IMG/VR virus record: IMGVR_UViG_3300009169_000026
Span: 1-58,058 of that record
Origin: a virus
Lineage: Duplodnaviria; Caudoviricetes
Reading direction: 5' to 3' (one strand)
Length of the DNA stretch: 58,058 bases
Positions 15,061 through 24,938 of the stretch are shown here, one piece after another. The notes beneath the pieces are model-generated. The model made no database searches. It was not told where the DNA came from and saw only the letters and a list, made by a program, of their open reading frames with translations. The stretch's first letter is position 1. Every line of letters begins with the position of its first letter. Made by a program: the position numbers and the translations under genes.

Positions 15061-15375
15061 TCAGGTCCAGGTATATTTCCACACAGGACAGCCGAAGTTG
15101 TTATGGGTTCTGACCGACTCCTGCTTCATTCGCCTTACCGAGTCATACATGACCCACACCGAGGCACCATCCTCGGTATCAACAGGAATCCACCAGTTAT
15201 AGTTATCCGACACAGGCCGCCCTGTGAGGGTTAGTTTACCGGCCACATATCGACCGATACTTTTTCTTTCCTGAACGATGCTACCAGGACTAGCCTCATC
15301 ACTGGCAAAACAGGTTTCCAGACGGGGAGTAAACAATTCCCCGTAGACAACTCGAGGCGGCGACGCTTTATTCAT
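15061..15375 (-). CDS. hypothetical protein
   Basis: operon packing. Confidence 0.6.
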   Translation of the reverse strand: MNKASPPRVVYGELFTPRLETCFASDEASPGSIVQERKSIGRYVAGKLTLTGRPVSDNYNWWIPVDTEDGASVWVMYDSVRRMKQESVRTHNNFGCPVWKYTWT

Positions 15376-15381
15376 AAGTTC

Positions 15382-15543
15382 CTACAGTCTTCCTTGTTCG
15401 ATGCAGTAGTCATAGACTTCCGTTGTGACGTGCGTTCCACTTTGCGGCTTTACGCCATAGACTCTTTCTTTGTGGGTGGACTGCCTTCCACAGGCAGGGC
15501 AAATGCAGAAGAATGTTATGTACCAGTGTTCTTTGTGTTTCAT
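15382..15543 (-). CDS. small zinc-ribbon-like protein (53 aa, not in ORF track)
   Basis: MKHKEHWYITFFCICPACGRQ..YDYCIEQGRL*; GAAGGA SD. Confidence 0.6.
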   Translation of the reverse strand: MKHKEHWYITFFCICPACGRQSTHKERVYGVKPQSGTHVTTEVYDYCIEQGRL

Positions 15544-15557
15544 GATATCCTTCCAAT

Positions 15558-15860
15558 TCAACCATTCACTTCACTGGTAACCGCAGTCATGATATTCACA
15601 ACGGGTGTCGTGTCATATCGAATGTTTTCGTAAAACACAACGTAAGGCGTCTTGTTCAGACCTACCTCAACGAAATTGATGCCCTGGACTTTTTTCGGCT
15701 TGGAAAGAATAGTGAGAACCGTTCCATCGGGCGGAATGATGTAGCCATCAAGATGACTTCCGGCTGGGGATGCCAGGACGAGTGCATTGCGGACTTTGTT
15801 TTTCCTGTTTGTTACCTCAACCTTAGTGCCAGCAACAATCAGTGCCTTGGGTGTCGTCAT
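15558..15860 (-). CDS. hypothetical protein
   Basis: GGGAG SD. Confidence 0.65.
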   Translation of the reverse strand: MTTPKALIVAGTKVEVTNRKNKVRNALVLASPAGSHLDGYIIPPDGTVLTILSKPKKVQGINFVEVGLNKTPYVVFYENIRYDTTPVVNIMTAVTSEVNG

Positions 15861-15867
15861 ACTCCCT

Positions 15868-16080
15868 TCATTTCCTTTGACTATCAGGTGGCTCAGTTGA
15901 CACAGTAATATAGAGACGCTTACCTTGAAAAGGGATAGAGTGCAGGCTGTGATTGTGCGACGTGATTTTCACATCAGGCGAACCAACCTCAGATGAGCGG
16001 CTGTTAACGGCCAACTGCAACCACCGCACAAACTCTGTGAACAGTAGCCTGCTGCTCTGTGCCTCTTTTTCTTTAGACAT
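15868..16080 (-). CDS. hypothetical protein
   Basis: GAGGTG SD before MSKEKE. Confidence 0.55.
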   Translation of the reverse strand: MSKEKEAQSSRLLFTEFVRWLQLAVNSRSSEVGSPDVKITSHNHSLHSIPFQGKRLYITVSTEPPDSQRK

Positions 16081-16143
16081 GAAAGACACCTCTTCTACCG
16101 GAGATGGTAGGCTATGGTTGATTATGCCATAATGGCAAAAACA

Positions 16144-16172
16144 GATAAAGCCCATTGTTCGTGGGCTTTATC
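16144..16172 (-). terminator. hairpin downstream of tmRNA
   Basis: GATAAAGCCCA/TGGGCTTTATC 11-bp stem followed by TGTTTT. Confidence 0.6.
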
Positions 16173-16180
16173 AACAAACT

Positions 16181-16535
16181 TGGACCAGGGGAGAATCGAA
16201 CTCCCGTCCGCAAAAATTAGCTACAGGCGTCTACACATCATAGTCTCTCTTTTGTTTATTCAGCCCGCCTGCTCCGGGAGACAGGATATCGGCAGACCTA
16301 GCTCATTTATCTCGATCTTGGTGCAAGAACCGTGCATTTGCAAGACCCAGCCTGATTTATTACAGTCTTCAAGCCCATTCAGACGGGATTGACTTGGGAC
16401 TGCCTGCTATTCACGCAGCAAGGGCGTAAGTGCTATCGTTTGCGCTTAAAGTTGTCTACTGGCTTTGAGGTGGTTGTAAACTCCCACCGATGTGCAACCC
16501 GTCATTCCTTTCCACGTCGAAACCATGTCTGGCCC
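16181..16535 (-). ncRNA. ssrA: tmRNA
   Basis: 5' GGGCCAGACATGGTTTCGAC, 3' GGGAGTTCGATTCTCCCCTGGTCCA, G3:U70; tag ANDSTYALAA-TGA at 16443-16411. Confidence 0.95.
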
Positions 16536-16548
16536 ATGACCTGTGTTA

Positions 16549-16953
16549 TCAGGAAAACACAGGAAAAATTGCATATGAGTTACCATGCTTCTTGAACTTC
16601 CAGTGTCCAAGAACGGTACCGCACACTATTGTCCCCTTTTGCAGAAGCTCGTCCAGGCCAGTCTTGCCCATGTAGTAACGTGCCTCGTTGTCGGTATTCT
16701 CAAGGATGGCCTTGCCGTCCCATGATAGCTTCAAGAACTTTAGGTTCGCCTCAAAGACATCATTCTCTCGCCACTCATACTTGTCGGCCCAGTTTTTGTT
16801 GCCCCTCATCTCCCATGGAGAGATTTGATTTGGCACGCTTTCTGGTGTCAGAGCCCAAGTTGTAAACGGTCCTTGCGTGTTCGACGCCGGGTCTCTTTTG
16901 ACGTATGGGATCTTATAGGCAATCCCTTTTTTGCTTGGGCGAGACTTTCTCAT
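16549..16953 (-). CDS. hypothetical protein
   Basis: 134-aa ORF, W.F.K.GNSY C-terminus. Confidence 0.7.
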   Translation of the reverse strand: MRKSRPSKKGIAYKIPYVKRDPASNTQGPFTTWALTPESVPNQISPWEMRGNKNWADKYEWRENDVFEANLKFLKLSWDGKAILENTDNEARYYMGKTGLDELLQKGTIVCGTVLGHWKFKKHGNSYAIFPVFS

Positions 16954-16998
16954 GTAAGAGGTACTTCTTCCTAAGACTATCTTAGGATAAATACGTCC

Positions 16999-17451
16999 TT
17001 AAAGCGTTTTACCGAAGAAATTCGGAAGATGCACCCCAAACCGCAGGCGCATCCACCTACGGAAGCGACGGTAGGGACGCTTGATAAACCAGAAAAAGTG
17101 GCGCTGGTGGCCGTCCTTCACTACATGACAGCCAGCGCAGAGAGGCTGTATGTTCTCAACGAGATTGGTTCCGCCAGACCCCAGGCTTACCTTATGATCC
17201 ATGGTCAGCTTCTTACGACCAGAGCAGCCGCAGGCGGCGCAGGAATAGTCGTGTCTCTCAAGGCAGGCCAGCCACTCATTCACATAAATTCGTCCAGCAC
17301 CGGGATTCTTCTTCCGAAGCCGACGGTGTCGGTTGTTTGAGCGGACACGCTGACGCTCAGCGTGATAACACGCATGACATATCGTCTCTGGAAAGTTCCC
17401 TGACCGTTTGACGTTTGAAAGCGACAGCAGGCAGAGTCTACACTGACCCAT
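16999..17451 (-). CDS. HNH endonuclease
   Basis: CAACG, LTMDHKVSLGSGG, NIQPLCAGCH. Confidence 0.85.
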   Translation of the reverse strand: MGQCRLCLLSLSNVKRSGNFPETICHACYHAERQRVRSNNRHRRLRKKNPGAGRIYVNEWLACLERHDYSCAACGCSGRKKLTMDHKVSLGSGGTNLVENIQPLCAGCHVVKDGHQRHFFWFIKRPYRRFRRWMRLRFGVHLPNFFGKTL

Positions 17452-17911
17452 TGCTCTCCTCGCCATTGGAGGACCGGCGCATCTTATCAAAGACCTTGGC
17501 GGGGTTATGAATCTTCATCTGCCCAAACTCGTCATCCGAGATAGTGTAGATGACATTTCGGATGCCATAGTTGAATAGAACGTGCCTACAGATTTCGCAC
17601 GGGCGAGCCATAGCATAGGACTCGTTAATCTTGCGCTTTCGGGCAACGTACATTTTGCATCCACGCAGGTCAATCTTTCCACGAACCTTGAGGATGGCAT
17701 CCATCTCAGCGTGGGTAGAGAGACACCAGTCCCTCTCACCCCTTGCCATGTCGCCGTAGTGTTCAACAAAAGCATTCGTAGAACGCTTGTTGTATCCCAC
17801 CGAAACAACAGAGCCCCCACGGACAATCAAAGCGCAGAGGTGATACTCAAGCGGATTGTCATAGGTATACTCCTGCGAGTAGTGAAGGGCCATGCGGAGA
17901 AACTTGTGCAT
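17438..17911 (-). CDS. zinc-dependent nucleotide deaminase (CMP/dCMP deaminase fold)
   Basis: GYN, HAEMDAI, ARPCEIC. Confidence 0.88.
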   Translation of the reverse strand: MHKFLRMALHYSQEYTYDNPLEYHLCALIVRGGSVVSVGYNKRSTNAFVEHYGDMARGERDWCLSTHAEMDAILKVRGKIDLRGCKMYVARKRKINESYAMARPCEICRHVLFNYGIRNVIYTISDDEFGQMKIHNPAKVFDKMRRSSNGEESNGSV

Positions 17912-17917
17912 ACTGCC

Positions 17918-17946
17918 ATTATATCATATTAACCACCAACACTAAA
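17918..17946 (-). promoter_or_regulatory. sigma70-like promoter, probably leaderless
   Basis: TTTAGT-17-TATAAT with TGn extension, 6 nt before ATG. Confidence 0.7.
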
Positions 17947-17980
17947 CACTTTGTTTCAAAGGCAAAACAACTGTTCTTGC

Positions 17981-19723
17981 TCAGTCATCCCCAACCCAGG
18001 AGAACTGTTTCCACCAGTTGGAACGAAAATCCTGACCCACACCACCATGTTTACGCTGCTCTTCTTTCAGAGCATGACTTTGCTGGGTAGCGTATTGCTT
18101 TATGCCGGAAGAGGTCATGATGGGAGGTACAAACTTGGACTCGACGCCAAAGGACGTACCCATCGAGTTCATTTTCTTCTGGCCCATAGAGATGCCCGCA
18201 AGCATCGCAGACGCAACCTCAACACTGTCCCAAGCATTAACTCCCGCTGCTTCATATAGATAGTTGCCAATAGCAAGAGCCATAACCAAGTCATCGTTGT
18301 ACCCTTTCATTGCTTGAGCTCGATTGTTTTTCCAGACGAAAGTCTTGAGTTCGTTAACCAGTCTCATCGAGTAGATTTTGAGTCTCTTGTTGCGGAAAAC
18401 GTTCTCTAGCTTCGCCAACATCTCATCTCGATTTTTTGGGCCGGTCGTAAAACCAGGGATGTCATCCTGAATATCGCTGGTGGTATAGGAGGTATGCATA
18501 CTATTTCTGCCTATACGTTCATAGAACAGATTAGGGTATCCAGATTTCTTGAGGGCGCTCGACGTTAAGAGTCCAAAGGAGTTGAGCTCTGGGCAGAGTA
18601 GGGCCTTGTTGTATCTAAACCCAACGTCAATCATCAGGTTGGCCAGTTCTTCTGGAGGGACCTTGCCCTGGAATTCACAAACTACCTCATCGGCGGTGGT
18701 ATCAACAACGTGAAAGGAAGAGAAGTCTTCAGCGTCGCCTCTGGACACGTCACCAGAAACTAGGTATCGGTGCTCTGACACAACATCCTTCCAAACCCAC
18801 ACCTCTCCTCTAGGCCCATAGGTCATTATCGGGGCCTTGCAGCCCTTCTCTAGCTCTTCCATGGTATCTGCCGAGACGAAGTTGTCGCCAGATGCAGCGA
18901 ACGAGCACAGAAGCTCCTGGGCCACACCTCTTTCGCCTTTGGCTGGAAGGATTTCGGCTCTTTGTGCCTTAAACCACTCCTCGTCCCTTTCGGGGTGTAC
19001 CTGCCATGGCAGTTCAATCCTGTAGAAATTGTTGGTCCCGGTTCCAGGATTTGGATTTCCGATACCGTCTTCCCCTTCCTTGGCTCCAACCCATAGTTTG
19101 TGAAACAGCGTTCCTACACCGGATGGAGAGGAAATTAGGATGGCCGACCCACCCGTTGAAAGTGTTGGCCAGAGGCCAAGCCAAAGGTCGTCTACTCCGT
19201 CAACGTGAGCCGCCTCGTCAATAATCAAAAGAGAAAGAGCTTCTGAACGGCCTGCGTCTGTACCCGTTGGTACGGCCTGCACCTTGGAACCGTTGGAGAA
19301 CTCCAGATATCTTACGGAGCGAGCCTTGATCTGAGGCATGACCAGCCAACGTGGTAGAGAGTCATACATGCCATTGACCTTCTTAATGAAGTTCTTGGCA
19401 ACCTCGAGTCTGGTTGCGATAACCAAAATGTTCTTATCCCGCTGAAAGACGGCCATCCACAGGGAGTAGGCTGCCGACAGAGTGGACAGACCTAACTGCC
19501 TGCTCTTGTTTGTTATAACGAACCTGTGGCCCTGGAAGGCATGAAGGCACCTATCCTGGTATGGGAAGGTTCGGAAGGGTAGAGGGCCTTTTACGGGATG
19601 GGAAATCTTAACGTACTTGGAGATGAAGTAGGCCGCATCCGTGCCGCAGCGCATTATCTCTTTTACCTGGTCTGCCCTACTTGGCACGACGCCTGTAGTC
19701 GTCGGGCGTTTAATCTTAGCCAT
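17981..19723 (-). CDS. terL: terminase large subunit (T4 gp17-like)
   Basis: KSRQLGLST Walker A, LIIDEAAH Walker B, DVSRG and DDLVMALAI nuclease motifs. Confidence 0.95.
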   Translation of the reverse strand: MAKIKRPTTTGVVPSRADQVKEIMRCGTDAAYFISKYVKISHPVKGPLPFRTFPYQDRCLHAFQGHRFVITNKSRQLGLSTLSAAYSLWMAVFQRDKNILVIATRLEVAKNFIKKVNGMYDSLPRWLVMPQIKARSVRYLEFSNGSKVQAVPTGTDAGRSEALSLLIIDEAAHVDGVDDLWLGLWPTLSTGGSAILISSPSGVGTLFHKLWVGAKEGEDGIGNPNPGTGTNNFYRIELPWQVHPERDEEWFKAQRAEILPAKGERGVAQELLCSFAASGDNFVSADTMEELEKGCKAPIMTYGPRGEVWVWKDVVSEHRYLVSGDVSRGDAEDFSSFHVVDTTADEVVCEFQGKVPPEELANLMIDVGFRYNKALLCPELNSFGLLTSSALKKSGYPNLFYERIGRNSMHTSYTTSDIQDDIPGFTTGPKNRDEMLAKLENVFRNKRLKIYSMRLVNELKTFVWKNNRAQAMKGYNDDLVMALAIGNYLYEAAGVNAWDSVEVASAMLAGISMGQKKMNSMGTSFGVESKFVPPIMTSSGIKQYATQQSHALKEEQRKHGGVGQDFRSNWWKQFSWVGDD

Positions 19724-19730
19724 TTGTCGT

Positions 19731-20138
19731 TCACTTAATTTCTATTAGGCACCCAAAGCGGTAATAGGCCTTGCGAGTTCCCTTATATTGCGTGAAAGTA
19801 AGGAATTCAACATCCTCTCCGATGCTCGAATCAACAATCTCAAAGGAGGGAACGTCCTGACCCTTGAAATCGGTCTTGTACTGCTCCTTGATCTTGTCAA
19901 GGGCGGCCTCCAACATGCCAATGGCCTCTTCCTTGTATCGTCTCATCATTTCACGCATCATGGTATCTGAACCAAAGTTCACAATCATCATGTATCGGCA
20001 CTTCAACATCCCGTCATCCAGGATGTCAAACTTAACAGACTGCGTGTTGAATCCTTTGTTCATCGAACCTTCGGAGCCAAAGGTTGTGTTAAGAATTCGA
20101 GAAAGATTCAAGTATCTCTGGTAGTCATTGACAAGCAT
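19731..20138 (-). CDS. hypothetical protein
   Basis: GAGG SD, adjacent to terL. Confidence 0.75.
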   Translation of the reverse strand: MLVNDYQRYLNLSRILNTTFGSEGSMNKGFNTQSVKFDILDDGMLKCRYMMIVNFGSDTMMREMMRRYKEEAIGMLEAALDKIKEQYKTDFKGQDVPSFEIVDSSIGEDVEFLTFTQYKGTRKAYYRFGCLIEIK

Positions 20139-20151
20139 TTACGGCCTCTTC

Positions 20152-20457
20152 TTACTTGAGTTTAAGTATAGGCTTGGCGTACAAAGCTCGTGTTTCAATG
20201 AACTCTTGCCAGAATTCGGTTGTTTTGTCAGGCATTACACCATCAGGCCAGGATACTGACTTGTTGTTTGTCCACCGGTTATCGCAGTGAGCACAAACTC
20301 CATGTTTTCTGTGGGCCAGGGAGTCTTCCAGAGTCTTCATTGGAAACTCACAGCAGCGACAGAATAGTGGAACAATGGAGGAGTGGTCCTTGGGCCTAAT
20401 CAGAAGTATAGCCCCACCAGCAACCAACACAACTTCCTTGCTAAAATAATCTTGCAT
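20152..20457 (-). CDS. hypothetical Zn-binding protein
   Basis: PLFCRCC..GVCAHC. Confidence 0.7.
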   Translation of the reverse strand: MQDYFSKEVVLVAGGAILLIRPKDHSSIVPLFCRCCEFPMKTLEDSLAHRKHGVCAHCDNRWTNNKSVSWPDGVMPDKTTEFWQEFIETRALYAKPILKLK

Positions 20458-20492
20458 ACAGCAGGTATTCTACTTAAGAAGCCGTAAAACGC

Positions 20493-20540
20493 CAAAAGAA
20501 AACGGCGGGCTCGGCTTTGATTTCGCCGGGACACCGCCGC
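20493..20540 (-). terminator. intrinsic terminator
   Basis: GC-rich interrupted stem GCGGCGG..CCGCCGT followed by TTTCTTTT. Confidence 0.55.
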
Positions 20541-20566
20541 AGGGGGAGCGTTATTGTCGCTGATTA

Positions 20567-20935
20567 TCAGCGAGCGTTCAAGGTTCGTCCTCGGCGGAGC
20601 GGGGCAGCGGGAGGAGGAGAGTGCTGAATGTCGAGCATAACCTGTCCACACACCTCCTGGACCCTCTGGAAGGAAGGATGGGTGTAGGACTCTGCCATCA
20701 GAGCACCGAGAGTATCGACGTGCCTCTTCTCGGTTACATGACTAAGCTCGGTCAGCACATAGGCAGCATATGCCCAATTTTCATCCGAAAACCCAAGAGA
20801 GACAAGCTCCTGGTAACGATTGATCATTCTCACAACCTGTGAGGCCCGAGCATCAGCGTGCTGCTTCTTTTGCTGTTGAAGCTCTTGGGCGGTCATTGTC
20901 CTGCTGCTGTTGTTGTTGTTTGCACTTGTCTTCAT
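20567..20935 (-). CDS. hypothetical protein
   Basis: 122-aa ORF. Confidence 0.6.
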   Translation of the reverse strand: MKTSANNNNSSRTMTAQELQQQKKQHADARASQVVRMINRYQELVSLGFSDENWAYAAYVLTELSHVTEKRHVDTLGALMAESYTHPSFQRVQEVCGQVMLDIQHSPPPAAPLRRGRTLNAR

Positions 20936-20970
20936 TGTCGTTCTCGTCTATCTTTATGAAAGGTGGGTGT

Positions 20971-21696
20971 TCAGAGAGAAATTCCATCTATTTCGACATT
21001 CTCAAATGTCACTTCAATTCCAAGCATGTTGATGTCTGGACGCTTGCAAACGGCAGTGCCAAAGTCTAGTGCCTGAATCCTGGCACCCTCAAACTTCCAA
21101 ACACTGAGCGGCTCCTTGTCTTCCATGGCCGTAGCATGAGCCTTGGCTGCGGATTTCGTTTGTTTCTTTTTGGCAGGGCCCGCCTCTTCTGCATCTTCTT
21201 CCTCAGAAGAGGGCTCGTCTGTCCAGTGCAGTTCCAGTTTGATTGGGCCTTTCTTGGAAGCCTTGTATAGTTGCTTGAAGCAGCCATTGCGGATATTTTC
21301 CGCAGTAACGTTGAGATAAATCATGATGGAGCTTTTCTCGTGAATGGCCTGCTGGTCGTCACGAACCTTCTTCATGATAATCTTCGGAAGCTCCATGCCC
21401 TTGACGGACTCAGCACGAAAGGCATCCGAAAAAAGGGTAAACTTGTCGCTATAGATAAGCGGAGCGGGCGGAGCCTCTGCTCCTGCGGCTGCGCCAAGCT
21501 CGCCCATCATTACCGAGTGCAGTGCTGCCGTTGCAGCCTCCAGGCCAGCCGTGGCATCCTCCGTAACAAGCTCAGCACCGGTTTTTTCGGTCTGGCCGCT
21601 CCTAGCCATTGTCTTGGCTATGGGTGGCTGCTTCTTACGCTCAGGCTTTGCCGTCGTTGTAGTTGTCATGGTAATACGTTCGCCTTTTGTTTGCAT
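20971..21696 (-). CDS. hypothetical protein with divergent tail-tube-like C-terminus
   Basis: WKFEGARIQALDFG..IEVTFE pattern. Confidence 0.6.
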   Translation of the reverse strand: MQTKGERITMTTTTTAKPERKKQPPIAKTMARSGQTEKTGAELVTEDATAGLEAATAALHSVMMGELGAAAGAEAPPAPLIYSDKFTLFSDAFRAESVKGMELPKIIMKKVRDDQQAIHEKSSIMIYLNVTAENIRNGCFKQLYKASKKGPIKLELHWTDEPSSEEEDAEEAGPAKKKQTKSAAKAHATAMEDKEPLSVWKFEGARIQALDFGTAVCKRPDINMLGIEVTFENVEIDGISL

Positions 21697-24600
21697 TATG
21701 CTACTTCAACCTTTGATTCCAGCCCATCGTTTTGAATCTCAATGAGTCGGTCAGCTACTTCTTTGATTTGATTGATGTGTGTGATGACCAGTATGGTTTT
21801 GAAATACGACTTGAGAACAGAAAGAAGCTCCATGCACTTGATCGTTGACTCTTCGTCTAGAGCGCCAAACCCTTCGTCAATGATTAGCAGGTCCGACCGA
21901 GCAAGGTTTGAAACGTTTATCAGAGCAACCCTAAGTGCTATTGAGCACATCATCTTTTCCATGCCCGAAGCAAGCTCAATAATGCGTCGGGAGTGCTGAT
22001 CCTCGATATAGACATCCATTACGTTGGATGTTGTATCCGTTTCTAGGGTTACCTTAAAGTCAACAATGGTATCGAGGATTTTAGCCAACTCAAAGTTGAT
22101 AGCAGGCAGTTGGGACTTCAAAATCATAGCAGGTATGCCATTCTTTGAAAATGCCATTTGTATACTCTCAAAAACCTTTAGCTTCTCAAGGTCAGCCCTA
22201 CACTCAGAGCGTTCTTTTGAGAGAAGTTTTAGCTGTTCCGTCTTACCACCGAGCTTCACAAGAAAATCCCTATGCTGCCGCTCCAAGGTCTCAGTGTCAG
22301 AGACAAGCACGTCAAGAAGAAGCTTGTTCTTCTCAACCTCACGACGCTCCTGGGTTGCCAGCTTCTTTGTAATGTCAGCCTGACTTGCCTCCTTTTCGGC
22401 AATTTCACGACGGGCGTCTACAATATCACGTCTAAGGATCTCTATCGTGTTTTTACAGGAAGAGATTGCGGAAGTGTTCTGCGTAGAAGCCCTCTCAAGG
22501 CTCTGGAAGGCCTCCAGGCGCTCGGCTATGCGGTCGTTCAGGTAAGATGAAAGCGTGCCATCCAGAGCCTCCATGGAGGAGGAAAGCTGCTCCACGGTCT
22601 GCTGCTGCTGAGCGATGCGCCTTTTGTCTTCGTGTGAGTCCTTAATGAACTTGCAGGTCGGGAACATATCTCCGCACGGAACCGTCTCTAGCTTTTTAAC
22701 GGACTTCTTCTGGTGCTCGAATAGTGCATTTTCCCTTGCAAAACTCTCTCTCAGAGTTGAGAGGCTTGCCCTTGCCTCTTCCATCTTCGCAAGCTTACCC
22801 TTGAGTTCATCAACGTTAACCTCTCTCTTCTGAGAGAAGAGCTTCTCCTGCTTTGCAAGATTCACCTGGAGCCTGTCCTTCGCCGCCTCCTCATCTAGGA
22901 GGAGTTTGGCTAGCTTCTTCTCCAGTCCCTCCAGAGCCCTTCTCACGGCCAAGAGGTTCTTCGTGGTTACGTCGTCGGACTCTTTATCGTGCTGCATTAT
23001 CCAGAGCTTGAGCTCATCTCGCCTCGTGACATTCTCCACGATTTTCTTATGAAGCTCTTCTGCCTTGGCCTCGATATCGGCTGCCTCGGTAGCGCCCCGA
23101 CGAAGGGCTGCTGTCCAGTCAAAGTTGCTGTACTTCTTTGTCTTGTCATTTAGAAGAGCGAAATCCTCCTTGGCATAGGAGTGAAGCTTTTCAAAAATAT
23201 CCAAGTCAAGGAACCTTGACAGAATTGCCTTTCTCTGACTTGCACCTTCCTCAATGAAACGAGAGATGCCTCCCTGGTTTGAAAGGGCGGTAAGGAGAAA
23301 GTCCTGTGGGGAGCCGATTAGCTTTCGTATTTCCTTGTCCGTGTCATCCCTGCTGATGGCATTCATTTCGTTCAGAACGCCATCTGCCCCAATACGATAC
23401 AGGTTGAGTGCGGTAATCGTCTTGTCCGCATCTTCCTTCTTTGGATTCTTCTTTGGGGTGTTACGAACAGTTTCACGAACAACCAAGTAGTCGTTCCCAC
23501 CAATTGAGAGAGAAACTTTGGCGTTACAGTGGTTCTTGTTTTTGTTAATGATGTGGGCAGCCTTCATTGTCCCACGGTCGGTGGTATTGAACAAGCCGTA
23601 CATCATCGCCCCTACGATGGAGCTCTTACCGGTCTTATTTGGACCGAAAACACCAACGATACCATCCAGGTTTTCAAAGTTGATTGAATTGCCCTCGCCG
23701 TAGCGAAAGACGTTGTCAAACTTCATTCCCCTTAGGGACCAAGTGATATTTCTTGCTACCTGATCTGACTCGTCGCTGTTTAGCTGATCAAGATACCTTT
23801 GTATTGTTGCCTCAGACTGAGCCAGTTGGTTATCAACCAGACTGTAGGTCTCCTTGTTCGAGCGCACATATTCCCTATACAGGGCTGTTAGAGCGGAGGG
23901 ATCGGTACGAAGATTAGTCTTGAGAACCTTCTTACCGTCAGACTCTATGGTTTCCATCTTAGAAACCAAGTCATACTTGAAAAGTACCTCCGACGCCTTG
24001 CGATGCTCTTTTAGCTCGTGAAAAAGCTGCCTTGACTCCACCTGCTGGATGGGGTTGGCCGAGGTGATGCGAAATCTAGCACCTGGGTGTACGAGGCCTC
24101 TTTCCTTGGAAAGGGTTTTGAGTGTGGACGCAACAGAGCCAGCCCAGGGAACGGTAATGAATGGAGCCCGATTCTCAAGCTCCACAAAGGAAACATCCCA
24201 GTCCTTCTGGCTGCGAATGTCCCAAACCAGAAACCCCTTTGTTTCCTGCTCACCAAAGTTCTGCTGTATCAGAGAACCCGGATAACCAATCCAGGGCTTC
24301 TCTTTCCCAAACTTGTCCATCTTGTAAGCTAGGAATTGGTTACGGTGGATATCCCCGAGCAGGGCGAAGTCCATTCCACGGAAGAATGTAACGTCCCTCT
24401 GTGTCTCAGGCAACTTGAAGTTTGCGTCGGTCGAGCACCCCTGAATAGAACCATGAAACAGTGCAATGTTTATTTTGCCCTTGACTGGGGAAATGGTCTT
24501 CCACCCCTCCAAGTCAAAAGGAGAGTAAACGTGCAACATTACATCATCGCCACCGAAAACTCCACCCGCCAACTTAATGTCACCAAGAGGCAGAGTGCCT

Positions 24601-24938
24601 GACTTCTTTAGCAGGTATGAGTTTCTGTGATTGATGGCTTCATGAATTGGAGAAATGATGTCTTGACGGCCTGAGTTCGTCAGGTTTCCATCGTGATTTC
24701 CAAGAATAGAAATTGTCGGAGCAATGTCCGCCAACTCACGAAACATCCAGGAAAGCTTGTCGATAATCTCAGGCGTGATTCCCTGAGTTTTGGTGTGGAA
24801 AGTGTCGCCCGTGTTTATGATCAGGTCTGGCTGGATGCGCCGCTTAAGCATGTCGAATAGACGCTCGAAACTATCCGTGTACTCTTCGTGACGTGCAATA
24901 CCTCGCCAGTGGATATCAGACAGGTGGCAAATCTTCAT
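21696..24938 (-). CDS. fused SbcD(Mre11)-SbcC(Rad50) recombination nuclease/ATPase
   Basis: HLSDIH, TGDTFH, GNHD, LGDIH; GPNKTGKSS, coiled coil, ASGME, IIDEGFGALD, ITH. Confidence 0.93.
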   Translation of the reverse strand: MKICHLSDIHWRGIARHEEYTDSFERLFDMLKRRIQPDLIINTGDTFHTKTQGITPEIIDKLSWMFRELADIAPTISILGNHDGNLTNSGRQDIISPIHEAINHRNSYLLKKSGTLPLGDIKLAGGVFGGDDVMLHVYSPFDLEGWKTISPVKGKINIALFHGSIQGCSTDANFKLPETQRDVTFFRGMDFALLGDIHRNQFLAYKMDKFGKEKPWIGYPGSLIQQNFGEQETKGFLVWDIRSQKDWDVSFVELENRAPFITVPWAGSVASTLKTLSKERGLVHPGARFRITSANPIQQVESRQLFHELKEHRKASEVLFKYDLVSKMETIESDGKKVLKTNLRTDPSALTALYREYVRSNKETYSLVDNQLAQSEATIQRYLDQLNSDESDQVARNITWSLRGMKFDNVFRYGEGNSINFENLDGIVGVFGPNKTGKSSIVGAMMYGLFNTTDRGTMKAAHIINKNKNHCNAKVSLSIGGNDYLVVRETVRNTPKKNPKKEDADKTITALNLYRIGADGVLNEMNAISRDDTDKEIRKLIGSPQDFLLTALSNQGGISRFIEEGASQRKAILSRFLDLDIFEKLHSYAKEDFALLNDKTKKYSNFDWTAALRRGATEAADIEAKAEELHKKIVENVTRRDELKLWIMQHDKESDDVTTKNLLAVRRALEGLEKKLAKLLLDEEAAKDRLQVNLAKQEKLFSQKREVNVDELKGKLAKMEEARASLSTLRESFARENALFEHQKKSVKKLETVPCGDMFPTCKFIKDSHEDKRRIAQQQQTVEQLSSSMEALDGTLSSYLNDRIAERLEAFQSLERASTQNTSAISSCKNTIEILRRDIVDARREIAEKEASQADITKKLATQERREVEKNKLLLDVLVSDTETLERQHRDFLVKLGGKTEQLKLLSKERSECRADLEKLKVFESIQMAFSKNGIPAMILKSQLPAINFELAKILDTIVDFKVTLETDTTSNVMDVYIEDQHSRRIIELASGMEKMMCSIALRVALINVSNLARSDLLIIDEGFGALDEESTIKCMELLSVLKSYFKTILVITHINQIKEVADRLIEIQNDGLESKVEVA

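Noticed and set aside
17981-19723. Intein or intron in terL
   Set aside because: Normal length and no splicing motifs
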